Assembly (NCBI GenBank): GCA_963749075.1
Contig: CAVVLJ010000023.1
Location: 35,561-99,560 of the forward strand
Length of the DNA: 64,000 nucleotides
Direction of reading: 5' to 3'
Origin: an uncultured Pseudomonadota bacterium
Lineage (GTDB): Bacteria; Pseudomonadota; Alphaproteobacteria; JACZXZ01
Shown here: one piece after another, positions 39,855-48,871 of the stretch
Position numbering within the stretch: the first letter of the stretch is position 1
Layout of the letters: each line of letters begins with the position of its first letter
The notes under the pieces: generated by a model
Seen by the model: the letters and a program-made list of their open reading frames with translations, nothing else
Databases searched by the model: none
What the model was told of the DNA's origin: nothing
Translations under genes and position numbers: made by a program

Positions 39855-40849
39855 CGGCGCCCCCGGCAGGCGACGAGGGTCGCGTCCTCGTCCTCTCGGG
39901 CGGCGTCGGCGGCGCCAAGCTCGCGCTCGGCCTGGCGCGCGTGCTGGCACCCGGCCGGCTCGTGGCGGTCGCCAATACGGGCGACGATTTCGAGCATCTC
40001 GGCCTCGCCGTCTCGCCCGATCTCGACACCCTCATGTACGTGCTCGCGGGCCTCGACAATCCGCAGACCGGCTGGGGGCGCAAGGACGAGAGCTGGACCT
40101 TCATGGCAGCACTCGCGGCACTCGGCGGCGAGACCTGGTTCCGCCTGGGCGACGGCGACCTCGCGACGCACGTGGAGCGCACGCGGCGGCTGGCGGCGGG
40201 CGAGCCGCTCTCGCGCATCGCCGCCGATTTCTGCCGCCGCCTCGGCATCGCGACGCGGCTCCTCCCCATGTCGGACGACCCGGTGCGCACGCGCGTGAGG
40301 ACCGCGGACGGCTGGCTGCCCTTTCAGGAATATTTCGTCCGCCGGCGCTCCGAGCCTCGCGTCCTCGGCTTCGCTTTCGAGGGCGCCGATCGCGCGAAGC
40401 CTCACCCCGATTTCCTCGCCGCCCTGCGCGATCCGGATTTGCGCGCCGTGGTGGTCGCACCCTCCAACCCCTTCATCAGCATCGATCCGATCCTGGCATT
40501 GCCCGGCGTGCGCGCGGCGCTGGCGGCAGCGCCGGCGCCGGTCGTGGCCGTCTCTCCCATCATCGGCGGACGCGCGGTCAAGGGGCCCACCGCCAAGATG
40601 ATGGGCGAGCTTGGCCTGCCGCTAAGCGCTGCCGCGGTCGCGCGCCATTATGGCGCACTCCTCGATTGCTACATCGTAGACGAGCGGGACAGCGCTGCTG
40701 CCGCCGAGCTCGAGGTGCCCGTGGTCGCGGCCAAGATCCTGATGACGAGCCTGGCCGAGCGCGAGGCGTTGGCGCGCGCGGTGCTGGCGGCGGCGGATGC
40801 CGTGCCGCGCGCGGCGGCCGTCCGCCGCCGGGGCCGTGGCGCTCTATGA
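39851..40849 (+). CDS. cofD: 2-phospho-L-lactate transferase (LPPG:FO transferase)
   Basis: VLVLSGGVGGAKLALGL...VANTGDDFEHLGLAVSPDLDT...WGRKDESW...APSNPFISIDPIL. ATGA overlap with cofE. Confidence 0.93.
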   Translation: MTAPPAGDEGRVLVLSGGVGGAKLALGLARVLAPGRLVAVANTGDDFEHLGLAVSPDLDTLMYVLAGLDNPQTGWGRKDESWTFMAALAALGGETWFRLGDGDLATHVERTRRLAAGEPLSRIAADFCRRLGIATRLLPMSDDPVRTRVRTADGWLPFQEYFVRRRSEPRVLGFAFEGADRAKPHPDFLAALRDPDLRAVVVAPSNPFISIDPILALPGVRAALAAAPAPVVAVSPIIGGRAVKGPTAKMMGELGLPLSAAAVARHYGALLDCYIVDERDSAAAAELEVPVVAAKILMTSLAEREALARAVLAAADAVPRAAAVRRRGRGAL

Positions 40850-41544
40850 GTGCCGCGGGCGGCATCTGGGCTGCCGTGCCGGTCAAGGATACGCGCCAGG
40901 CGAAGCAGCGCCTCGCCGGGCTGCTGCCGCCCGAGCTGCGCCGTCCCCTGGCACTCGCCATGCTCGAGGACGTGCTCGCCGCCCTCGCCGCTGCTCCCGG
41001 CCTCGCCGGCATCCTGGTGGTGACCGAGGATGTGGACGCCCGCGCGCTGGCCGAGCGCTTCGGCGCAGGCACCGTGGCCGAGGACGCGAACGCGGGCCAC
41101 ACGGCCGCGGTCGCCGCGGCGGCGCGGCGCCTCGTCAAGGAGGGCCGCGCCGGCATGCTCGCGGTGCCGGGCAACGTCCCGCTCGCGACCGCGGCAGAGG
41201 TCGAGCGTTTTCTCGCCGCCCACGGCCCGGCACCCGCCTTCACAATCGCACCGGCGCACGACGAGCGCGGCTCGAATGCCGTGCTGGTCTCGCCGCCCGA
41301 TGCCGTGCCGCTCTCTTTCGGCAACGACAGCTTCTGGCCGCACTTGCGCGCCGCGGAAGTGCGCGGCATCCGCCCCGCGGTCGTGCGCTTGGCTGGCTTC
41401 GGGCTCGACATCGACGGCCCCGAGGACCTGGCGGCCTTCGCCGCGATCGGCCGGCACACCAAGGCGCTCGCCTGCCTCGAGAGCTTCGGCATCGCAAGGA
41501 CGCTGCGCGCTTCGCGCGCGGGGGCGACAGCCGGGCGGGACTGA
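40846..41544 (+). CDS. cofC: 2-phospho-L-lactate (or PEP/3-PG) guanylyltransferase
   Basis: [21 protein letters not shown]...[10 protein letters not shown]...[17 protein letters not shown]... ATGA overlap with cofD. Confidence 0.88.
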   Translation: MSAAGGIWAAVPVKDTRQAKQRLAGLLPPELRRPLALAMLEDVLAALAAAPGLAGILVVTEDVDARALAERFGAGTVAEDANAGHTAAVAAAARRLVKEGRAGMLAVPGNVPLATAAEVERFLAAHGPAPAFTIAPAHDERGSNAVLVSPPDAVPLSFGNDSFWPHLRAAEVRGIRPAVVRLAGFGLDIDGPEDLAAFAAIGRHTKALACLESFGIARTLRASRAGATAGRD

Positions 41545-41563
41545 CACCAGGGAGGAGCGGCAC

Positions 41564-42586
41564 ATGCAGATCGGCGTGATCGGCCTCGGCCGGATGGGCG
41601 GCAACATCGCGCGCCGGCTCATGCGCCACGGCCACGAGTGCCTCGTCCATGACCGCGAGGAAGCCGCCACGGATCGCCTCGCTGCCGAGGGTGCCAGGCC
41701 GGTGCGGCGTCTCGCGGATTTCGTCGAAGCGCTCGCCGCACCTCGCGCCCTCTGGGTCATGCTGCCGGCGGGCGAGGCGACCGAGGCGGCGATTGGCGAG
41801 CTCGGCGCGCTGCTGGCTGAGGGCGACATCGTGATCGACGGCGGCAACTCCCACTTCCACGACGACGTGCGCCGCGCAGCATGGCTCAAGGAGAAGGGCA
41901 TCCGCTACGTCGACGTGGGCACCAGCGGCGGCGTCTGGGGGCTCGAGCGCGGCTATTGCATGATGATCGGCGGCGAGCCCGAGGCCGTGGCACACCTCGA
42001 CCCGGTCTTCGCGGCACTCGCCCCCGGCCTCGGCGACATCCCGCGCACGGTGGAACGCGGCTCGCGCGACGGGCGCGCCGAGCGCGGCTATCTCCATTGC
42101 GGACCGCACGGCGCCGGACACTTCGTCAAGATGGTCCACAACGGCATCGAGTACGGCCTGATGCAAGCCTATGCCGAGGGCTTCGATATTCTGCGCAGCG
42201 TCGCCAAGGCGGAGATCCCTGCTTCGCGGCGCTACCGCCTCGATCTCGCCGCCATCGCCGAGGTGTGGCGCCGCGGCAGCGTCATCTCCTCCTGGCTCCT
42301 CGACCTCACGGCGTCAGCACTCGCCGAGGATGGCGAGCTCAGGCACTATTCGGGCTTCGTCGAGGATTCGGGCGAAGGGCGCTGGACGGTGCTGGCCGCC
42401 GTCGAGGAGGCGGTGCCGGCCGACGTGCTGACCGCGGCACTCTACGCGCGCTTCCGCTCGCGCCAGGAGCACACCTTCGCCGAGCGCCTGCTCTCAGCCA
42501 TGCGCTTCAAGTTCGGCGGCCACGTCGAGCAGGCGGCGGGCAGTCCCTCTCCCGCAAGCGGGAGAGGGAGGGACCCGCGGCCGTAA
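41564..42586 (+). CDS. gnd: 6-phosphogluconate dehydrogenase, decarboxylating (short Gnd/YqeC-like form)
   Basis: [19 protein letters not shown]...[10 protein letters not shown]...[19 protein letters not shown]...[24 protein letters not shown]. The last ~13 codons and the stop lie inside a REP element. Confidence 0.9.
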   Translation: MQIGVIGLGRMGGNIARRLMRHGHECLVHDREEAATDRLAAEGARPVRRLADFVEALAAPRALWVMLPAGEATEAAIGELGALLAEGDIVIDGGNSHFHDDVRRAAWLKEKGIRYVDVGTSGGVWGLERGYCMMIGGEPEAVAHLDPVFAALAPGLGDIPRTVERGSRDGRAERGYLHCGPHGAGHFVKMVHNGIEYGLMQAYAEGFDILRSVAKAEIPASRRYRLDLAAIAEVWRRGSVISSWLLDLTASALAEDGELRHYSGFVEDSGEGRWTVLAAVEEAVPADVLTAALYARFRSRQEHTFAERLLSAMRFKFGGHVEQAAGSPSPASGRGRDPRP

Positions 42587-42687
42587 GGCCGTGGGAGGGT
42601 GAGGGACGACGCCGGCATCGGGCATTCCCTCACCCTTCCCATCCCTTCGGGATGGGCCCCTTCCCTCTCCCGTAAACGGGAGAGGGA
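42544..42687. repeat. REP-like repeats, family B, copy 2 (composite of hairpins, partly the inverse of copy 1)
   Basis: TCCCTCTCCCGCAAGCGGGAGAGGGA... and TCCCTCACCCTTCCCATCCCTTCGGGATGGGCCCCTTCCCTCTCCCGTAAACGGGAGAGGGA. The latter is the reverse complement of 15652-15713 apart from the loop bases. Confidence 0.7.
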
Positions 42688-42720
42688 TTTCTTGGTTTAG
42701 AGGAAGGAAAGGACGACGAC

Positions 42721-43449
42721 ATGGCGGACGATAGGGCACAGCTTCACGTGGCCGAGAGCGCCGAGGCGCTCGCCCGCGACGCCGCCGATTTTCTCTGCAG
42801 CGCGGCCACCGCCGCTGAGGCACGCTTCACCGTGTGCCTCGCCGGCGGCTCGACGCCCAAGCGGCTCTACGAGCTCCTCTCCGGTCCCGACTATGCCGGC
42901 CCCTTCCCCTGGGCACGAGCCCATTGGTTCCTCGGCGACGAGCGTTTCGTGCCGCACGACGACCGAGAGAGCAATTACCGCATGGTGCGCGAGACGCTCC
43001 TCGCGCGCGCGCCGGTGCCTCAAGAGAACGTCCACCCGGTGCCGACCGAGGGCCTGACGCCGGAGGCCGCGGCCGCGGCCTACGAGCAGGAGCTCAAGCG
43101 CCATTACGGCTCGGCTACGCTCGAGCGGGAGCGCCCGCTCTTCGACGTGACCCTCTTGGGCCTCGGCGAGGACGGCCACACGGCGTCGCTCTTCCCCGGC
43201 CATGCGGCGCTCGAGGAGCGCCAACGTTGGGCGCTCGCGGTGGCGGGCGCCAAGCCCGAGGTGCGCATCACGCTCACCTATTCCGTGCTCGAGAGCAGCC
43301 GGGAGGTGGTCTTCATGGTGGCGGGTGCCGGGAAGCGCGAGAGGCTCGCCGAGGTGCGGCGCGGCGGCGCGCTCCCGGCGGCGCGCCTCAAGCCCGTCGG
43401 CCGGCTCCACTGGTTCGCCGACCGCGCGGCGGCTCCCGAAGGGGCCTGA
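42721..43449 (+). CDS. pgl: 6-phosphogluconolactonase
   Basis: CLAGGSTPKRLYELL...HWFLGDERFVPHDDRESNY...DVTLLGLGEDGHTASLFPG. AGGAAGGAAAGGA RBS. Confidence 0.9.
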   Translation: MADDRAQLHVAESAEALARDAADFLCSAATAAEARFTVCLAGGSTPKRLYELLSGPDYAGPFPWARAHWFLGDERFVPHDDRESNYRMVRETLLARAPVPQENVHPVPTEGLTPEAAAAAYEQELKRHYGSATLERERPLFDVTLLGLGEDGHTASLFPGHAALEERQRWALAVAGAKPEVRITLTYSVLESSREVVFMVAGAGKRERLAEVRRGGALPAARLKPVGRLHWFADRAAAPEGA

Positions 43450-43459
43450 GCGCCGCGGC

Positions 43460-44236
43460 TCAGGCGAGCGTCATCTCGGTCAGCGGCACCACGCGCACGC
43501 CGGCCGCCTCGAGGCCCTGGCGCACGGCGCGCGCGGCCTCGACGGCACTCGGCTCGTCGCCGTGGACGCAGAGGCTGTCGAGCTTCTGCGGGATGTGCTT
43601 GCCGTTGCGCGAGACGATCTCGCCGTCGAGCACCATGGCGACGACGCGGCGCTTGATCTCCTCCGCGTCGTGCAGCACGGCACCCGCGATCTTGCGCGAG
43701 GTGAGGTTGCCGTCGTCGTCGTAGAGGCGGTCGCAGAAGCCCTCGCGCGCGAGCGGCAGGCCGAGCTCGAGTGCCGCGTGCTCCATCTCCGAGCCGGCCA
43801 GCGCCACATAGATCATCTTTGGGTCGACCGTCTTCATGGCGCGGCCGATGGCGAGCGCCATGTCGCGGTTCTCCGCCGCCATGTTGTTGAGCGAGCCGTG
43901 CGCCTTCAAGTGGCTCACCTTGACGCCGGCATAGGCGGCGATCGCCTGCAGCGCGCCGATCTGGTAGGCGACCATGTATTCGAGGTCGCGCAAGCCCATG
44001 TCGATGCGGCGGCGCCCGAAGCCCCAGAGGTCGTTGAAGCCCGGGTGCGCGCCGATGCTGACGCCCTTCTCCTTGGCGCGCATCACCGTGTGATGCATGA
44101 CGTTGGAATCGCCCGCGTGGAAGCCGCAGGCGACGCTGGCGGAGCCGATGACGTCGAGGAGGGCGTCGTCGTTGCCGATCTTGAAGGCCCCGAAGCTCTC
44201 GCCCATGTCCGCGTTGAGATTGACTTCCTTGGCCAT
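43460..44236 (-). CDS. pxpA: 5-oxoprolinase subunit A (LamB/YcsF family)
   Basis: MAKEVNLNADMGESFGAFKIGNDDALLDVIGSASVACGFHAGD...HLKAHGSLNN. Confidence 0.9.
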   Translation of the reverse strand: MAKEVNLNADMGESFGAFKIGNDDALLDVIGSASVACGFHAGDSNVMHHTVMRAKEKGVSIGAHPGFNDLWGFGRRRIDMGLRDLEYMVAYQIGALQAIAAYAGVKVSHLKAHGSLNNMAAENRDMALAIGRAMKTVDPKMIYVALAGSEMEHAALELGLPLAREGFCDRLYDDDGNLTSRKIAGAVLHDAEEIKRRVVAMVLDGEIVSRNGKHIPQKLDSLCVHGDEPSAVEAARAVRQGLEAAGVRVVPLTEMTLA

Positions 44237-44387
44237 CGCCGCACTCCTCCTCAAGCCAGGCCGCCGGCCCTGGTCTTCCGCCGGCCCCTGTGGTACGAAG
44301 CCGATCTGGTACTAAGATCGAGACGATCATAAGATAGGCCTTTCCGGCCGATCAATCGAATCATCGGCTCCGTGGCGGGCGGTCGAG

Positions 44388-45110
44388 GTGACGGCGAGAT
44401 TCCTCTCGAGCGGCGACAGCGCGCTCGTGGTCGAGTTCGGCGAGCGCATCGAGCGGCGGCTGAGCGACGAGGTGTTGCGGCTCGATGCGCGCGTCCGCGA
44501 GGCGGGGCTTTCCGGCGTCGTCGAGACCGTCCCCACCCTGCGCTCGCTCATGGTGCATTACGATCCCTTGCGTACGAGTGCCGCGGAGCTCCAAGCGGCG
44601 ATCGAGCGGCTCATGGGCGCCGCGGCGGCGCTCGAGCGCAAGGGGCACCTCTGGCGTCTGCCGGTGTGCTACGAGGACGACTACGCCCCCGACCTCGCCG
44701 AGGTCGCCGAGAGGAAGGGGCTGGCGCCCGAGCAGGTCGTCTCGCTCCATTCGGGCACCCGTTATCACGTCTACATGATCGGCTTCCTCCCCGGCCTGCC
44801 CTACATGGGCGACCTGCCGGAGGCGCTGGCGCTGGCGCGGCGCGCCGACCCGCGCGTGCGGCTTCCCGCCGGCGCGGTCGCCATCGCCACCACCATGACC
44901 ATCGTCTATCCGCTGGAGAGCCCGGGCGGCTGGCATCTCATAGGGGCTACGCCCGTCCGCCTCTTCGACGCGAGCTGGCCGCAGCCCGCACTCCTCGCCC
45001 CCGGCGATGCGGTCGAGTTCGAGCCCATCGACAAGCGCGCATTCGCCAAGCTCAAGACCGCGGTCGAGCGCGGCAAGTATCAGCCCCACCACGAGGAGCT
45101 GGCACCTTGA
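44388..45110 (+). CDS. pxpB: 5-oxoprolinase subunit B (allophanate hydrolase subunit 1 / KipI family)
   Basis: RFLSSGDSALVVEFGERI...VVETVPTLRSLMVHYDP...YHVYMIGFLPGLPYMG. GTG start. Confidence 0.88.
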   Translation: MTARFLSSGDSALVVEFGERIERRLSDEVLRLDARVREAGLSGVVETVPTLRSLMVHYDPLRTSAAELQAAIERLMGAAAALERKGHLWRLPVCYEDDYAPDLAEVAERKGLAPEQVVSLHSGTRYHVYMIGFLPGLPYMGDLPEALALARRADPRVRLPAGAVAIATTMTIVYPLESPGGWHLIGATPVRLFDASWPQPALLAPGDAVEFEPIDKRAFAKLKTAVERGKYQPHHEELAP

Positions 45111-46141
45111 GCGCCGCCCTCAAGGTCGTAGCACCCGGCCTGCACAGCACGGTGCAGGACCTAGGCCGCTTCGGCTATCAGGCGGCGGGCGTGCCGGTGT
45201 CGGGCGCCCTCGACGCCGTGAGCCTGCGCCTCGCCAACCGCCTCGCCGGCAATGGCGACAATGCCGCGGCCCTCGAGATCCTCTACCACGGCCCGACCTT
45301 CGAGGTGGAGGCAGCGAGCGTGCGCGCAGCACTCGCGGGCGGCGGCGCCGTGCTCGAGCTCGTGGGCGAGCGCGCGCAACTGCTCGGCGGCTGGAGGAGC
45401 CACAGCTTCCGCCGCGGCGAGCGCTTCCGCGTGAGATTCCTCGAGGAGGCCTCCTGCTGCTATCTGGCGCTCGAGGGCGGCATCGCGGTCGAGCCCTGTC
45501 TCGGCAGTGCCGCCACTTACGTGCGCGGCGGCTTCGGCGGCTTCAAGGGGCGCGCGCTTCAAGCGGGCGATCTCCTGCCGCTCGCCCGCGAGAGCGTGGA
45601 GGAGCGTCCCGAGCTCGCACTTTTAAGCCCGCCCGGGGCGGGGCGCGAGCGGCCGCTCCGCGTCGTGCTCGGGCCGCAGCAGGATCATTTCAGCGAGGCG
45701 GCCTTGGAGCACCTCCTCGGCGCCGGGTTCGCCGTCTCGAAGGACGCCGACCGCATGGGCTTGAGGCTCGATGGGCCGCGGCTCGCTCACCGGGACGGCT
45801 ACGACATCGCCTCCGACGGCATCGCCACCGGCGCCATCCAGGTGCCCGGCTCGGGCCAGGCCATCCTCTTGCTCGCCGATCACCAGACGACCGGCGGCTA
45901 TCCCAAGATCGCCACGGTGATCTCGGCCGACCTGCCGCTCGCCGGCCGCCGCCGGCCGGGCGATGCCGTGCGCTTCGCCGCCGTCGAGGTGGCGGAGGCG
46001 GAGGCCTTGCGCCGCGCCGAGGAGGCGGCGTTCCAGGCGCTCGCCGCCAGCTTCGTTACGGCCGAAGCCGCCGCCGGCTTCGATCCCGAGCGCCTCTACC
46101 GCACGAACCTCATCAGCGGCGTGGTCTCGGGCCATGAGTGA
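45107..46141 (+). CDS. pxpC: 5-oxoprolinase subunit C (allophanate hydrolase subunit 2 / KipA family)
   Basis: LKVVAPGLHSTVQDLGRFGYQAAGVPVSGALD...GLRLDGP...GAIQVPGSGQAILLLADHQTTGGYPKIATV. The TTG start overlaps the pxpB stop. Confidence 0.88.
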   Translation: MSAALKVVAPGLHSTVQDLGRFGYQAAGVPVSGALDAVSLRLANRLAGNGDNAAALEILYHGPTFEVEAASVRAALAGGGAVLELVGERAQLLGGWRSHSFRRGERFRVRFLEEASCCYLALEGGIAVEPCLGSAATYVRGGFGGFKGRALQAGDLLPLARESVEERPELALLSPPGAGRERPLRVVLGPQQDHFSEAALEHLLGAGFAVSKDADRMGLRLDGPRLAHRDGYDIASDGIATGAIQVPGSGQAILLLADHQTTGGYPKIATVISADLPLAGRRRPGDAVRFAAVEVAEAEALRRAEEAAFQALAASFVTAEAAAGFDPERLYRTNLISGVVSGHE

Positions 46142-46180
46142 GGGGGTATGACCGGCGATCAAGCAGGCTAGGGTGGCATC

Positions 46181-46500
46181 ATGGGTCAATTGGCGAAGAC
46201 CTTCCGGCTGAGCCGCATCCCGCTCTATCTCCAGGTGGCGGCCACGCTCGCCACGCCGCACTCGCCGTCCTCGCCGCGATGAAGGACATCGGCATCGCGT
46301 CCGCGCGCCAGACCCTCGTCATCGCGAGCGCCGATCCCGAGACGGCGCGGCTCTTGAAGGTGCCGCTCAATTCGCCGACCGCCGAGGCCCATTGCGTGGT
46401 CATCGACCGCCGCGGCTTCGCCATCTACATTGCCGACATCATCTACCGCGGCGATTGCATCCGCATCGAGACCAGCCTGCGCGCGCCGCCGGAGCGCTGA
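46181..46500 (+). pseudogene. GntR/HutC-family regulator remnant (internal deletion plus frame change)
   Basis: ATG at 46181 gives MGQLAKTFRLSRIPLYLQVAATLA (start of a GntR wHTH), with a stop at 46280-46282. Another frame (ORF 46138..46500) ends ...LVIASADPETARLLKVPLNSP...FAIYIADIIYRGDCIRIETSL, typical of the last ~60 aa of a UTRA domain. The ~150 residues in between are missing. Confidence 0.45.
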
Positions 46501-46519
46501 GGGAGCCCGAGGGAAGTCC

Positions 46520-48871
46520 ATGAGCGACACGGCCAAGGGCGTCGGCGCGCGCATGGAGCGCAAGGAGGACGAGCGCCTGCTGCGCGGCCGCGGCCGCTAC
46601 GTGGCCGACATCCGCCTCCCCGGCATGCGCGAGGTCGCCTTCGTGCGGAGCCCCCTCGCGCACGCGCGCATCAGGGGCATCGCGGTGCCCGAGCGCCTGA
46701 GCAGCTCCGTCTTCACCGCGGCCGATCTGGCCGGCGTCAAGCCGATCCGCGCCGTCTCGGGCCTGCCGGGCTTCAAGCCCTCGGTGCAGCCGGCCCTCGC
46801 CACGGGCAAGGTGCGCCACGTGGGCGAGCTCGTGGCGATGTGCGTGGCCGACAGCCGCGCCGCTGCCGAGGACATTGCCGCTGCCGTCACGCTCGATCTC
46901 GAGGAGCTCCCCGCCGTCCACGACATGCTGCAGGGGCGTACTGCCGGCGCGCCGCTCCTCCACGAGGAATGGGGCGACAACATCTTCCTCGAGACGCGCA
47001 TAGACGGCGACATCGAGGCGGTGGCGGCCGAAGCCCCCATCCGCGTCAGCCGCGAGTTCCGTACCGCCCGGCAATGCATGGCGCCGCTCGAAGGGAAGGG
47101 CGTGCTCGCCGAATGGGACAACCGCCTGGACCAGCTCGTCGTCTATAGCGCTACGCAGATCCCGCACATCGTGCGCACGGGGCTTGCCGAGTGCCTCGGC
47201 CTCGAGCAGGGCCAAGTGCGCGTGATCTCGCCCGACGTGGGCGGCGGCTTCGGATATAAGGGCATCCTCGCCGCCGAGGAGATCGCGGTCGCCTGGCTCG
47301 CCATCAAGCTGGGCCGCCCGGTGCGCTGGATCGAGGACCGGCGCGAGCACTTGACGGCCGCGGCCAATTGCCGCGAGCACCACTACCGCATCGCCGCCTA
47401 CGCGGCGCGCGACGGCAGGCTCCTGGCCGTCGATTGCGAGGCGACCGTCGATTCCGGCGCCTATTCGGCCTATCCCTTCTCCGCCTGCCTCGAGGCGGCG
47501 CAGGTGGCGAGCATCCTCCCGGGTCCTTACGACTTCGCCGCCTACCGCTGCCGCACCTATTCGGTCGCCACCAACAAATGCCCGATCCTGCCCTACCGCG
47601 GCGTGGCGCGCACCGGCGTCTGCTTCGCCATCGAGCTCCTGCTCGATGCGATTGCGCGCGAGGCAGGGCTCGAGCCCTACGAAGTGCGCCTCAAGAACCT
47701 GGTGCCGCCCGAGCGCATGCCCTTCGAGAACATCACGAATAAGCACTTCGACAGCGGCGACTACCCGCAATGCCTCAAGCGCGCGGTCGCGGCCATCGGT
47801 CTCGATGGGTTGCGCGCGCGCCAGCGCCGCGGCGAGCCCGACGGAAGGCTCTTGGGCGTCGGCCTTGCGATCTTCTGCGAGCAGGCGGCGCACGGCACCT
47901 CGGTCTACGCCGGCTGGGGCATTCCCATGGTGCCGGGGCACGAGCAGGCGACCGCGCGCCTGACGCCCGACGGCGGGCTCGAGCTCCGCTTGGGCGTGCA
48001 CTCCCACGGCCAGGGCCTCGAGACGACGCTGGCCCAGGTCGCGCATGAGGTGCTGGGCGTCGACCCCGCCAGGATCAAGACCGTGCTCGGCGATACGGCG
48101 CTGACGCCCTACTCGACGGGCACCTGGGGCTCGCGCTGCATGGTGATGGCGGGGGGTGCGGTGACCCGCGCCTGCCGGGAGATCGCCCGGCGCGCCGCGC
48201 GCATCGGCGCCAAGCTCCTGCAGACCGAGGAAAGCATGGTCGTCGTTGCCGAGGGCGAAGTGCGCGGGCCTCGCGGCGCGGTCACCCTCGCCGAGATCGC
48301 CAAGGTCTGGTACCTGCGGCCGCAGGATCTCCCCGCCGACGTGGACCCCGGCGGGCTCGAGGCCACGGCCGGCTACAAGCCGCAACGCGACAGCGGCACC
48401 TTCAGCTACGCGGCGCACGCGGCCGTCGTCGCCGTCGATGCCGAGACGGGCGAGGTCGAGATCCTCGACTATGCCATCGTCGAGGACGGCGGCGTGCTGG
48501 TCAATCCCATGATCGTCGACGGGCAGGTCTTTGGCGGTGCCGCCCAGGGCATCGGCACGGCGCTCTACGAGGAGATGCCCTTCGACGCGAGCGGCCAGCC
48601 ACTCGCCTCGACGCTCTCGGATTACCTCCTCCCCGGCGCCACCGAGGTCCCCGACATCCGCATCGAGCATATGGAGACGCCGTCGCCCTATACCGAGTTC
48701 GGCGTCAAGGGCATCGGCGAGGGCGGCGCCATCGGCCCGCCGGCAGCGCTCGGCAATGCGATCAACGACGCGCTGCGTGCGCTCGGCGCCGAGCTGGCGG
48801 CGACGCCGATGACGCCACGCCGCATCCTCGAGGCGATCGCCGCGGCGAAGCTTCGGCGCGGCCCGGCATGA
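46520..48871 (+). CDS. Molybdopterin-binding large subunit of a xanthine-dehydrogenase/CoxL-family hydroxylase
   Basis: RMERKEDERLLRGRGRYVADI...FVRSPLAHARI..., PYRGVARTG, ...EFGVKGIGEGGAIGPPAALGNAINDAL. 783 aa. Confidence 0.9.
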   Translation: MSDTAKGVGARMERKEDERLLRGRGRYVADIRLPGMREVAFVRSPLAHARIRGIAVPERLSSSVFTAADLAGVKPIRAVSGLPGFKPSVQPALATGKVRHVGELVAMCVADSRAAAEDIAAAVTLDLEELPAVHDMLQGRTAGAPLLHEEWGDNIFLETRIDGDIEAVAAEAPIRVSREFRTARQCMAPLEGKGVLAEWDNRLDQLVVYSATQIPHIVRTGLAECLGLEQGQVRVISPDVGGGFGYKGILAAEEIAVAWLAIKLGRPVRWIEDRREHLTAAANCREHHYRIAAYAARDGRLLAVDCEATVDSGAYSAYPFSACLEAAQVASILPGPYDFAAYRCRTYSVATNKCPILPYRGVARTGVCFAIELLLDAIAREAGLEPYEVRLKNLVPPERMPFENITNKHFDSGDYPQCLKRAVAAIGLDGLRARQRRGEPDGRLLGVGLAIFCEQAAHGTSVYAGWGIPMVPGHEQATARLTPDGGLELRLGVHSHGQGLETTLAQVAHEVLGVDPARIKTVLGDTALTPYSTGTWGSRCMVMAGGAVTRACREIARRAARIGAKLLQTEESMVVVAEGEVRGPRGAVTLAEIAKVWYLRPQDLPADVDPGGLEATAGYKPQRDSGTFSYAAHAAVVAVDAETGEVEILDYAIVEDGGVLVNPMIVDGQVFGGAAQGIGTALYEEMPFDASGQPLASTLSDYLLPGATEVPDIRIEHMETPSPYTEFGVKGIGEGGAIGPPAALGNAINDALRALGAELAATPMTPRRILEAIAAAKLRRGPA

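Noticed and set aside
47530-47620. AAYRCRTY in the large Mo-hydroxylase subunit looked like the AYRCSFR active-site signature of form I CO dehydrogenase.
   Set aside because: The family's active-site loop position is occupied a few residues later by the generic PYRGVAR motif. The AYRC string is upstream of it and lacks the SFR part. I therefore do not call this a CO dehydrogenase.
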